From Vezdaea acicularis (taxonomy: Eukaryota), in assembly GCA_026025075.1 (NCBI GenBank), contig JAPEUI010000030.1, positions 1 to 64,000 on the forward strand: 64,000 nt of DNA, read 5' to 3'. The notes beneath the pieces were generated by a model that saw nothing but the letters and a program-made list of their open reading frames with translations, ran no database searches and was not told the DNA's origin. Shown one piece after another: positions 34,472 to 45,977 of the stretch (the stretch's first letter is position 1; every line of letters starts with the position of its first letter). The position numbers and the translations under genes are program-made.

Positions 34472-36919
34472 ATGCGAGTCTCGACATCGCTATGGGCGAC
34501 GACTTTCGCTCTGGCCGTGGCGTGCTATGCGGACGTCACGCCAGAGATAGAAGTGCCGCGATACTACTATCCTCGGGGAATCATCAAGCGCCAGATTGTG
34601 TCCAACACGACAACATCAGCGCCTGATCCGCCGCCACCGACGACGACAGATCCTCCGACGACATCACTTCCGTCAGTGTCAGGCCTGGAGTCGTTGTTGA
34701 GCAGCCTCCTCTCAACTACCAACCCCATCCCCGACCCCATCCCATCCACGACATCCTCCGATTCCGCCCAAAATGTCCCCACTACCTCCTCTACACCACC
34801 AGACACCGCATCTGCTGCTTCGCCAGACACGACGTCTACCAGCCAACCGGTCATTATACCCTTGGTTCCTACTACAGCCCCGACTACCACGGCACCGGAT
34901 GCTACAACCAGTTCCGCGCCGGCAGTCCTCTTTGGACCTTCAGGGCTCATCACCGACCCCGCATCTGCAGTATCTTCCGTGGTTTCCTCTGCTGTCACTC
35001 CCGAAGCCCCTCCCAGTCAAAGCGCTGCGCCTACAGGTTCAGCAACAGCAAGCACCACGACGCCTGTTATCGATCTGGGCTCGTTGGGAGTGGGAACTGC
35101 CACACCCACCGCTGCTGATCCCTCCGCAACAACCAGCTCGGTCTCTCCGATTTTGCCGGTGGCGGGTTCTGTTGTCAGCGAGCTCAGTAGCGCACTTCAA
35201 CCTATTGCCTCCTTGGCAAGCTCGATTGTGCCGAGCACTCCGCCCAGTGATATCCCCAGCGTTCTGAGCTCTGCCCTACCGGATGCTGCCTCGGTCGTCT
35301 CGGGTGTTGCGGCCTCGCTTTCACTTGAGCCTTCAGCTTCTAGTTCCTTGAGTAACGCCATATCGGATCTCACATCCTCCTTGGCCACGGCTACCGACCC
35401 AGCAGTTGTCGGCAGTCTCCTCAGTTCACTTCTCAGCTCGGCTTCTGTACCTGTACTAACTCCGACGGATACAGGTATTCCGACCAGCCTACCCGTTACC
35501 GAGGGGATCTCGCTACCTGGCTTCACTGGCACTGACACTGCTGCGACTCCTTCGATTCCGATCACCGCAAGCATTCCGGATGCAAGTGCTACCGCTTCAC
35601 TACCTGCTTCCAATCCTGGAACGATTGCATCCGATGTGGGCAGCCCTCCAAATACTACCGATGTGCTGCTTGGTTCCATCCCGGCAACGAATTCGAACCC
35701 TTCGCCAACAGGCACCGACTCCCTGAGTCTGACTGGAGTGGCGCCAACCGTGCCTGTGTCGAACACCGCTAGTACGACTCTGACGGGTACGGATACAAAT
35801 CCCACCCCATTGCTTGAGACGCCTGCGGGTCTGGATAAAAATGTCACGCAGTCAAGTGCAGGCTTGGCGGATGGCTCGATCAGCGGTACGGTCACGTTGT
35901 CGGTGTCGACGGAACCCACGACAAGTTCGGATAACGCGCAAGGACCTGTTGTCAATACAATCGCGCCAACAGGAACTGACTCAGCAACTACGCTGTCGCT
36001 CCCTAGCCAAATCCAAACGCAGACGGGAGGGGATAGCTCGGCTACACAGAGCTCAGCACCAAGTGGGATCCCGTCGAGCTTGCCTCGAGCCATCACTCCG
36101 GCCGGCGGTGAGCCTCAGGCCGCTCCCAACACGACTCAGATTCAAGTTGGCTTCTTCTACGCCCTCAACTATAACTTTGTCGTCAGCAATTCGATCTCTC
36201 AAGCTCAGATCTTCAGATACTTGCCGGAGGGCTTGGCGTATGGTCTGGGTATCGATGTTGCAGAAGTCGAAATGCGATATCTACAGCCTTACGATACAAC
36301 GAAGCAGCTCCAATACATCACCACTCTCGCGATTGCATATATCCCAGACGATATGGTTCAGAAACTCTCGCTGGATCTTCTGTCGCCCGCCTCGCCACTC
36401 TACAACAATCCCGATCCGAGTATCAAGACTCTCACGTCGCTCATCAATCCTAGTCTTCCTGTGCTCGCGGGTACTCCCCTCGGCTCTGGAGGCTCTGGGA
36501 CCGTGCCTTATGTTCCATCGTCGAGCGCGACGGACGCAAATGGGCCTTTCGGCAGCGACTCGGGCGGCAACGGTACGGTCCGGGGCACAAGCATTGGGAT
36601 CGGCGTTGGTGTCGTGGCTGGCGCCGCGCTGTACGGAGCTGCCATGTTCCTGGTGGCTCGCCGGTACAAGAAGCGCAGGCAACGGCACGTGCGATCCAAC
36701 TCATCCGCCGACCGAAACATCGACACCCCGGCGACGGGAGCGCTGATGGGCGGCGGGCCCCTCATGTCCGGAGCGCGCTCCGAGACACCAGGTCAGATGA
36801 CCTACTCGAGCTCCGGCGGACGGGATTCGCGAGGCAGCGGGCGGAGCGCAGGAAATAGCGCAAGGACACAACAGATCTCGGCTCCATTCATGGCTGAGAA
36901 CTCTCTCGGCTGGAACTGA
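34472..36919 (+). CDS. MSB2: Signalling mucin Msb2/Hkr1-like
   Basis: Signal peptide MRVSTSLWATTFALAVACYA; long S/T/P stalk; conserved domain QVGFFYALNYNFVV...AQIFRYLP...LQPYDT...SPLYNNPD; TM then RRYKKRR; C-terminus ISAPFMAENSLGWN. Confidence 0.92.
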   Translation: MRVSTSLWATTFALAVACYADVTPEIEVPRYYYPRGIIKRQIVSNTTTSAPDPPPPTTTDPPTTSLPSVSGLESLLSSLLSTTNPIPDPIPSTTSSDSAQNVPTTSSTPPDTASAASPDTTSTSQPVIIPLVPTTAPTTTAPDATTSSAPAVLFGPSGLITDPASAVSSVVSSAVTPEAPPSQSAAPTGSATASTTTPVIDLGSLGVGTATPTAADPSATTSSVSPILPVAGSVVSELSSALQPIASLASSIVPSTPPSDIPSVLSSALPDAASVVSGVAASLSLEPSASSSLSNAISDLTSSLATATDPAVVGSLLSSLLSSASVPVLTPTDTGIPTSLPVTEGISLPGFTGTDTAATPSIPITASIPDASATASLPASNPGTIASDVGSPPNTTDVLLGSIPATNSNPSPTGTDSLSLTGVAPTVPVSNTASTTLTGTDTNPTPLLETPAGLDKNVTQSSAGLADGSISGTVTLSVSTEPTTSSDNAQGPVVNTIAPTGTDSATTLSLPSQIQTQTGGDSSATQSSAPSGIPSSLPRAITPAGGEPQAAPNTTQIQVGFFYALNYNFVVSNSISQAQIFRYLPEGLAYGLGIDVAEVEMRYLQPYDTTKQLQYITTLAIAYIPDDMVQKLSLDLLSPASPLYNNPDPSIKTLTSLINPSLPVLAGTPLGSGGSGTVPYVPSSSATDANGPFGSDSGGNGTVRGTSIGIGVGVVAGAALYGAAMFLVARRYKKRRQRHVRSNSSADRNIDTPATGALMGGGPLMSGARSETPGQMTYSSSGGRDSRGSGRSAGNSARTQQISAPFMAENSLGWN

Positions 36920-38297
36920 GCGTCCGAAACAAAACATTTCTCGATCTGGTTTTGGTTCTGCATTTGCATCTCTTCAGCGGCAAGCTTCTTCCTCTGCGAT
37001 TTTTCCTTTGTCTAAAAAGATACCAAGAATCCCCTCCCCCCTTCTCGACCTTCTACCTCCTCGACTCCTTACCGAGCCCTCTACGCCATACCCTCACCAT
37101 CATATCACATTCCCGGACACTCTTCGTGGATAATCTAATTGGGCGTGCTTCATCCTTTCCTCGGAGTTGCCTGGGATCGCCATGTACAATAACCTACTCC
37201 TCCACAATTCCAACGTGTTCTCGCGTCCTCGACGCGGAACGCCCCACGCTCTCTCAACGGCCGGCCATACCAATCGAAGATTGCCTCTTCCTACCCGCTA
37301 CAACTCCAGCGAACAATTTCCTTTCTGCATAGAGAGATGTCTGGAAGCAAGGGACGAAGGGGAGATCATTTGCTTGCATACCACTTTTCCTTTTCCTTCA
37401 CTTCTTTTCTCCACCTTTGGGTGTCCCTTTTTTTTCCAATATAAGGGGGATCTTTTCTCATATTTTCCTGGTTTTCGAGGGCGGTTTGGTGCATTTAATT
37501 GGGGGCATGTATGCTGCGAGCCTATCTTGCTGCTGCTGCGATACTCTTGTTCCTTTTTTCTCACCCCTTTTTCTCCAACCTTTTCCTGTTTTCCGGCAAA
37601 AAGATTGCGTGGATGGACGGCCTTTGGACCCACGTTTCTTGTGGGCTCTGCGGAGATTTTAGCCGTGTGGGGAGACTCGTGGGGCTTCCTGGTCTGCGGA
37701 TCCCTACCGAGGAGATGTGGGGGACATCGGCGGCAGGGGAGTGTTTGGTGCAGATGGGAGTGGGGAGTGCGGACTCGAGCGTGGAGTGGAGGTGTGAAAG
37801 CGGCAGAGAGAGGAAACTGTGTATAGTATGGTTGCCACCCCCCGACGCGGTTTTTCTGGCCGTATCAGCCAGAATCCGCTTGCAAACTTCTGATCCGATC
37901 CGATCTGACCCGAGAGAAACTGTGACATGGTGATGCTGAATTTGCCGTGCAGTGACTTTGACCATAATCCCCCCCTCCCCCCCCCCTGGAGCCGCGACCG
38001 CATCGTATACCCCACTTTCTCGTCGCCTCCTCCCCCTCGCGATACGCGATCCATACCATCTATACCATCCACATCTTCCCCCTCTCCTCTTATCCTCCGA
38101 TCCGGAGAAAGTTGCAAGGGGGAGCCGCCGGGGGGTGGAGGGTAAGGTTATATTACCCCCCACCCCATAACTTAACAATCTTCTAAGCTAAGAATCTTCT
38201 AAGTTATGGAAATGAATGGGGGAAATAAACTACCTCTCCCCCCCCCACCCCGGGCGGGGGCTTACGAGGTATGTTGGGGGAGGTGTTTGGACTGGAT

Positions 38298-38335
38298 CAG
38301 ACTAGACTAGACCAGACCAGACCAGACCAGACCAG
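38298..38335. repeat. Pentanucleotide microsatellite (GACTA/GACCA)n
   Basis: cag actagactag accagaccag accagaccag accag. Confidence 0.8.
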
Positions 38336-38842
38336 AACCTGCTTTTGAGATTGGAGAAGGATGGGGAGGGAGAGGGATGGAGGGGGGAGAGGGAGAGGAA
38401 GGAGGGGGAGGGAGGGGGGAAAGGGGGGGGGTGGCGTCAGGAGATGATAGATTTGGGTGTATTCGACCGCTGGGATGGATGGACGCACGCACGCATGATC
38501 GTTCGCGGCGGGGCGACTTTCTGGGTGAGTGAAGAGAAGTGAAGAGAGGAGAAGAGGGAGGGGGAGATGATAGCTCCCGTTTCTCGTTTGGGAGGTGGGG
38601 GCCTTTTATCAAAGGTTCTTATCTCTTAGTTCAAGATTGAGAAGGGCTTGGTTTAGCAATGCACGCGAGAAAGGCGAAAGATATGCCGGCCTAACTTGCT
38701 TGCCCCACGCGCCGTCCCCAGCCTTTTTCGTGGGTGCATTCACATCCCCCCCCCTTCTCCCCCGTTCTCCGCCCTTTCCCACCTTCCCCCTTTCCTACCC
38801 CCCCTTTTCCAACCCCCCACGTATCCCCACCCTTTAACCCCT

Positions 38843-41137
38843 CTACTTCCCCTCCAGCCCCAACTCGCGATAAAAAGCCTCAGTACTAGGTTTCCTGCCC
38901 AAAAAGTCGACGAGGGTCTGCATTTCGTCCTGGCTGCCGCCGCGCTGGAGGACGGTGTGGCGGTACTTGCGGCCGGTGGCGGCGTTCATGGGGTCGCTGG
39001 CGAAGGCGGTGTGGAACATATCTGCGGAGTAGACTTGCGAGCTATGCGTTTGAGAGAGAGGGGTTAGTTGGGTGGGTAGGTGGCGTTGGGTGGGAGTGTG
39101 TGTAAGGATGAAAGGAGGGGGGGAAGGGGAGGAAAAAATAGGGATATCAGATATTCACACATACCTCAGATAGCCGTAATACCCGGCATCGTACCCGCCC
39201 ATCAGATGCCCAAACGTAGCCTGCCCATGTCCCCACTCGCCACCTTTGCCCCCATCCTCGCCCTTCGGACCCTCGAGCAGCGCAATCTCGCGCCTCAGCG
39301 AGTTATACGTGCGCGTGATATCCAGCTCCTCGAGCTCCTGATGCGACCTCGGTTCATGCACGCGCATATCAAAGATCCCGAAATGCAGCTGTCGCAGATT
39401 GAACAGCGCGTCGTTGACGTGTTTCGTCGCGATGAGCTTCTCCACGAGATCTATCGGGATCTTCTCGGCCGGTCTCTCTCCCTCAGGATGATCCGCCGCC
39501 CACGCGGTGGCATATTCGTTGCTGACCGAGGTGTAGTGGTGCGAGAGTGCTTGCAGCTGCGACGGCGTCCAGCACCAGTTCTCTAGCATCTGGGAGGGAG
39601 CCTCGACAAAGTCACGAACGGTCGAGGTGCCGTGGAAGCGGGAGTATTTCGTGCGCGCCACGAGGTCGTGGATGCCGTGGCCCAGCTCGTGGAAGAGCGT
39701 CACGACCTCGTCGTGCTTCAACAAGCTGGGCTTCTTCGGCGTCGCTTTGCTGAAGTTGCAGACGAGCGCCGTAGCGGGGTAGTGCCGCGTTCCGTTCGGG
39801 AATAGGAAGCCGGGTTGCAGGTTGAAGTTTGCGGCGTGCCCGTACTTTCCAGGCCGTGGGAAGAGGTCAAGGTACAAGTAGCCGACGAAGCCATTACCTT
39901 CGTCCTCAGAGTCCCATACGCTGAACACCTGCACCTCTTCGTGCCAGACTATGTCGGAGCCTTTGCTGGTTGGGGAGAGGGCATCTAAATCCGCACCGTG
40001 CGGAATGGAAACAAAAGCGAGGCCGAAGAGCGACTCGAAGATATGGAGCATGCCTTCTATGGTTGTCTGTAGGGGAAAGTACTCAGCTATCAGCTGATGA
40101 TCGAGCGAGTACTCGCGTTCGAGCATGAGAGTGTCGTAGAAACGGTGGTCCCAGAGGTAGTAGTGCCCATCGTATTCAGACGCCTTGCCCCTGGATGTAA
40201 GGTCTTCTTTCTTGAGGGCCTTGAGTTTCTCAATCTCAGCCTTGCCTCCAGAGGCCAGCCTCTCGCGTAGATCACCGAGGAAGGTATCCACAGTCTCTGG
40301 GGTCTTGGCCATCTTGTCTTCTATACGGAAGGCGGCGTGATTAGGATACCCCAAGAGGCGTGCAGCTTCATCCCGCAAGAGGACGGCCTCACGAAATATT
40401 GGGACGTTGCCATTGCATTTATTGTCATTAGCAATGAGCACCTTCTGCCGTACCGAAGCATCTTTGGCGTATTTTAGGGTCGGGAAGAGGTCGGGGTATT
40501 TGAAAGTCAGCCGTATCTTGCCCTCGTGCTCGTGCTTTCCCTTTTCCAAAGTATCCAGAAGGTCCTTTGGAACGCCCTCCAACTCTTCCGGCGAGAACCA
40601 CAACCCTCCCGTCTCCTCATTCAAGTTCTTCTGAAAGACGATGCCAAGCTCACTGAGCTGCTTCTTAATCTCTTTGAACCGATCTCTTTTGGGCCCAGCG
40701 GGAAGTGTCAATCCATTCCTTATATAGCCCTTCAGCTCCTTCTCCAGCAGCCGTTCTGACTCCGGATCAAGCTTCTCCTTCTTCTTAACCGCAGCATCAA
40801 CGAGACTGTAGATGTCCTCGCGCATGGACGCATCGATGTAAAAGTCGTCCATGACCTTCTCAGCTTCTGTCGATGCATCCCGTAATTTAGCGTCCGACGA
40901 GACGGCCTGGTAGAAACCAATGATATGGGACTGCAGCGCCATCTCGTTCTCGTCATATGCCATCGGCAGCACCACGTTCTCGAACGTTGCTTTGTCCGGC
41001 GTAATCTCAGCCACAATCGTATCCGAGATCTTGCGTGACTTCTTCAGCATCGCGTCCGTCTCTGTCTTCAGAGAATCCGGAGTGGCCGTGAAGAGAGGTG
41101 GGGCCTGCGGAGGCTTCTTGTAGGCGGCAGGAGCCAT
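38843..41137 (-). CDS. PRD1: M3-family metallopeptidase (thimet oligopeptidase / saccharolysin); possible longer non-AUG isoform
   Basis: FHELGHGIH zinc motif, DLFPRPGKYGHAA, DFVEAPSQMLENW, GGYDAGYYGYL; intron ~39044-39164 then SQVYSADMF...LGRKPSTEAFYRELGLEGK-stop. Confidence 0.93.
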
Positions 41138-41708
41138 ATTGACCGAAGTGATGGGCCGTGTAGTATTGTACGAAGACCAAGGCCGCCCGGTTGTCGGTTT
41201 GAGTTGATTAAAGAGAGAGGTCAGACGAGTAACCACTCTGGAGGAAGGAGCCAGGATGAGGGAGGCAGTAAAGAAGACGAGGACAGCTCCGAGGATGAGC
41301 GTAGCGCGCCGAGGGAGCGCCAGGTTGCTGATCTGGACGACAGCTCGGTCGTGAATGGAGAGTGGGTTCTTGCGGGCCTCAGTTACTGTGATGGTACTTG
41401 TCCGAACAAGGAAGAAGGTGCGTAAAGTGGTGTTGTATCCAAGCCACAGAAGTTCCCCCACTCAGGCGCAGTTAGCCCCTGCACAGTGGGGATGATGCAT
41501 TCGTTAGCCTAGAACGTCGCATACCAACCCCGGATTTGCGACCTGCAGGTTCAAGGCTCGATTAGATCTCCATCACTGCGAGGAGCCAGCTTACACTTTA
41601 CGGTGATGATTTGATGTAATCTAAAGGGTTACGCGCTTAGTGCATATTCCGGACGTGCCAAAATGCTAAAACTTGTTATAGAGTGAGCATCACCCTACGC
41701 CAAAACTT

Positions 41709-44045
41709 CTACCTTCCACCCATCCTTCCCAAAGGCGAGCTTTCTCCCTTCCACAAATGTTCATCAGCCAATTCCTCCTCACTTTCTTCACTTCCCTCCT
41801 CCAGCTCATTTAGGTCATTCAATCCGCCCATAGGGATAGTCGGTGATATCTGGGGGCTTAACTTGATCTTCGGCCTACTCTTAAATACGCTTGCATAATC
41901 CGCCTCTTGGTTGAATAACTCATCTCTGGGAGTAGACTCCTTTCCTTCCTCACCCACCATGCCCAAGCTGCCGCGCTTCTCCGGCGTCTCAAATTGATTG
42001 GTAGGGAAAGTTTTCTTGGGTGCGACGTGAATGGCGGACTTACGGGGAGCGCGGGTTGTGGGCGCGAATGACATGGACCTGCGCGTTCGCTCGATCAAGT
42101 TGGCATGGGGGTCTAACTCCTCAGTGGGATCGGAGATTTTTGTTTTCGCGGCGTTTAGTTTTTCGGAACGGGATTCTTCTACAGGAGGTGGAAGCTCATC
42201 TGGAAGGCGTGAGAAGGCCATGGACATCCTAGTTCGTTCGGCGAGTGTCCGTACAGGCTTTTCAGGGGAAGGCTGGGCGTTTGTAACGGAAGCTACAATC
42301 TGCTCTGCAAGAAGCTCTTGACCTTCTACATCAAGTAAGGAGAGACGTGAAGATTTAGGAGGTCGCGGATTGATTTCTGTTGGTGGAAGTGGAGAAGGTA
42401 GCATGAGCTCGTCCGAGACTGGTGGTGAGGGGGAGCGTAATACTCTTTGCAGCTGCTGGTGTGAAGACGGTGCCTCATCTGATTCCCGGCTTGACTCGGA
42501 GCGATCTCTCTTTTCTTCGACTTCTTGATGGGCAGAGGAATCGGAGCCTTCGGGTATGACTTGTGCTCCCTCTTCCTCGCCACGGTTATTGCCTGATTGC
42601 TCCTCGCCTGAACTGCTTTCTCCATGATCGTCCAGAGCCGCTTTGGGTGGGATGTCCCTTGTTATCCAGGAGCTCTTTTGCTCTCGCCACCCTCGGCCTC
42701 CCTTGGACCGTGACTTTCCAACTGCACTGAGCTCAGACCTCATGGATGCTATGATCCGCCCATACTCTGTTGAACGTGTCGAACTTGTTCTCTCCATTTG
42801 CTCCTCTGCTGATTTTGGACCCTTAGTTGGGCTGCACAGTTCCAAAGTCAAATTCTCATGGGCATCAAATTCAAGCGCAAGATTATCGCCAGCGTCTTTT
42901 TGCACATTTGTCGGTTTCCTGGGCGAAGATTTGGTGGATAGCCCTTCGTCTGTTGGAATTCTATCATTGAGCTGTTTCCACCTCTCAAGTCGTATCTGCT
43001 GGTTTCTAACTCTTCGACTAAGATCTTCCAGCACTCCCTTGCTTGCAGTATCTTCAAGATCACCAACAGTCCCATTCGTGACGTGATCCCAAGCCTCGTT
43101 GAAAGACGCACTCAATACTGGGTCATGCCCCTTTTTATCATCCCCCCTCGTGAGAACTTCGAGAAACTTCGCATCACCAACCCAGTTGTCCTGCAGCCGG
43201 CTCCTAAGCTTGTCAGATTGGGCCCCTGGTATCTCACTGTTCTGACTAGCTTCTAATGCTGCCAATTTGGTCTGCTCGTCTCTCCTGGTGATTTGCCTCA
43301 ACTTTAGGTCCAGTAGACTACCGAAGTCCTCGTATTTTGATCTCAGCTCCGCTCTTTTCCTCAAGCTCTTCGTCAACGACGCCTTGTGTGCAATAAGTAA
43401 GGCCGGGATCATATCCTGCTCCGCTGGAGTCAGAGACTCCGCCGTGGCCAGTCGATGGACAATTGAATGTTCTCGGTGATTGTCCTTCGCCCCTATTATA
43501 TGCTTCTTGACTACAGCCGTAGAGAATGCGAGAATAACTTCTTCAAAGCGCTCGCCCTTACATTCATCCAGCATTGTCTTTCTTAGGATCGCGTCTCGCC
43601 CTAGGACTCCATTCTTCTTCAGCTCCGACAGGCATCGGAAGAGAGCTGCACGGAGGTTGAGAGACTGCAGCGGTTCGAGGGGTGGGAAGAAAGGTTGTAA
43701 TTTCTACAATAGGCAAGGTTTGTCAGTAGGACTCTCTATCTATACCAAGGCAAGCTGTACGGTGCATACATCTCTAGTCTCTTCGCGGTCCCACAACTCA
43801 AAGAGCCGGTACAGCGTCCACTCCACCGCCTTGACCCGGTTCTTATGATTCTGCTGGGCATCTTTCGTCGAGAAAGTTTGTAGCGTGATCTCAGGCCAGT
43901 CACTGCGCCTATCAAGATCTAGGAGGCGGAGGTTTGTGAGGAAGAGCGTAACGTTAGACAGGCCAGCTGCAGGTGATACTTGGGCCTTCCCATTAATTTG
44001 CTGTCTCGCACCCACTGCTACATTAGGCAATTGAGCAGGCGGCAT
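41709..44045 (-). CDS. HAUS6: Augmin/HAUS subunit 6 N-terminal-domain protein
   Basis: LFLTNLRLLDLD, VEWTLYRLFELWD, one intron, KLQPFFPPLEPLQSLNLRAALFRCLSELKKNG, RKTMLDECKGERFEE; C-terminal DYASVFKSRPKIKLSP. Confidence 0.82.
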
Positions 44046-44258
44046 CTTGTTTCGATCTGAATATGCATGGTTTGTCACCGTGTCTTGAAGTGCGTTCAGA
44101 GTAGGGTCTCGTGTTCGCGGACGGTCACAGGTCGCCCAACGCTCGGGCCTAGGTAAACAAGGGCCCAAACCGGGGATGAATTTAGCGCCTCGATAGCGGC
44201 TTTAGCAGGCTCCTAGCGCCACTAGGAAAGCCTGATAGAGGCGTGTTCCTGACGCATC

Positions 44259-44278
44259 AAAGCCTATCGATAGGCTTT
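44259..44278. promoter_or_regulatory. Perfect 20-bp palindrome AAAGCCTATCGATAGGCTTT
   Basis: All 10 base pairs checked; lies in the 363-bp divergent gap between HAUS6 and the HD gene; function inferred only. Confidence 0.5.
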
Positions 44279-44408
44279 CCAGGCGTTTGTTGACGAGACC
44301 AGGGCCCAGGACGAAATATATAAGTACTGGGCTCCATGTGCGCTCATATTCCAGCACTTTGTTTCTATGACTTCACAACGGGCACGTACCTAGAAAACCG
44401 AGTACGTC

Positions 44409-45184
44409 ATGCCCCCTCAACCCGCCAACGGCAGCGCCGGTAAGTAACCCTGTTCAAGCCGTGACTGAGATACTGAGAGAGCTATACAGAAGCGCCTTCT
44501 ACCGCACCCAAAGCGGCTACGCCTGAATGGAGCGTAGGCTCCGTCCTCTCGGCTCTCCCCACTCCTCTTCTCCCCACGGATAACGCCTCACCAGTCTCCT
44601 TCTTCCACCTCCTGCATCGTCTCAAGACGACTAAGCGTGAAGGCTGGCGACGATTTGGCGTGGAGCATGGCGAATCAATCGCTGATCATATGTACCGCAT
44701 GAGCATAATGACAATGCTATGCCCTCCCGCCCTCGCCTCGAAACTCGACATCCAGCGGTGCACGAAGATGGCGCTGGTGCACGACATGGCAGAATCGCTA
44801 GTTGGGGATATCACACCTATGGACAACATTCCCAAGCCGGAGAAGTCGAGGCGGGAAAGGGAGACGATGAAATATATCGCCGAGACGCTGCTTGGTGGTG
44901 TTGGGGGTGGTTTGGCCGGGAAGGGCATTAGAGACGCCTGGGAGGAGTATGAAGCCAGCGAGACGCTTGAGGCGAAATTCGTGCATGATGTCGACAAGAT
45001 GGAATTGGTCCTCCAGATGGCGGAGTATGAGCGCGCAGCAAAGGGCGAGCTGGACCTGCAGGAGTTCCAGTGGGTTGCGAGCAGGATCGAACTTCCAGAG
45101 ATCAAAGAGTGGGCTGAAGAAGTCTTGAAAGAGGGCACGGAACTCCGTAAAAGAGTCAAGGAAGGGAGGAAAGATACGCTGTAG
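44409..45184 (+). CDS. HD-domain 5'-deoxynucleotidase (HDDC2/YBR242W/YGK1-like)
   Basis: Intron 44440-44489; LKTTKREGW, ESIADHMYRM, ALVHDMAESLVGDITP, WEEYE, FVHDVDKMELVLQ. Confidence 0.92.
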
Positions 45185-45977
45185 ACTGCTTTGTTTGTTG
45201 AGAACGTTTTGCTAACGCGCTTAGATATAGCTTAGATCATAGATAGCGGTGGGGCATCTCCATTTCTGTAGCTTTAAGATTCGAGCTTTAGATCGTCATA
45301 GTAGTCATTCCATCTTCTTGGCTTGGGGTTCTGGCCTCCTTGGACAAGCAATGAAACCCTGTCCTCTATTCTCTCCGCCCACAGCAAGTATCTACCTCCC
45401 AAGTAGTCGCGCACATAAAAACTTCAACAGCCAGAAGTCAATCATATCTCAAGAATTAGTCAGCGGAGGGGCTCGTTGAACAGGAGTGAAAGCTTAAGAT
45501 CCTAGCAAGGGGCTACAATATAGGTAGAAGCAGTTATGAACGTTGGACATGACACAAACGTGGACTAGATATTCCCTTGAAACCAGTCATGGAGGGCAGT
45601 ATTGCGGCAATTAAATTTAATGCTGAATTACTAGCCAAGGCAAAGAACCCCTCATGTTTTAGGAGAGATTAATAGGTTTATCTTAGAAGTGTAAAGGTTT
45701 ATAAGGATAGAAAACATGGAGGTAGACGATAGATTACATAGAGGTACCATGAACAGCAGTCTTGGAGCTCTCCGTATAGAATGGAATACCAACATAACCT
45801 TCGCGTGGCGTACGCCTTTTCGTTGGCAGTTCTTATAGAACCTAGCTGAAAGGTGAACTCTCCATCTTCCGTGCAACATAAGTCCCAAAAATACACTCAA
45901 CATATCGTACTCATCCAAAAACGGGGGACCTCTGGATGTTGCGTCGCCTCGCCATGGATGCTATGAGAGCACGCTCC

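Noticed and set aside
41462..41500. In-frame ATG...TGA just upstream of the PRD1 extension (possible readthrough)
   Set aside because: TGA-GTG is not the TGA-CTA readthrough context and the ATG probably lies upstream of the transcript start
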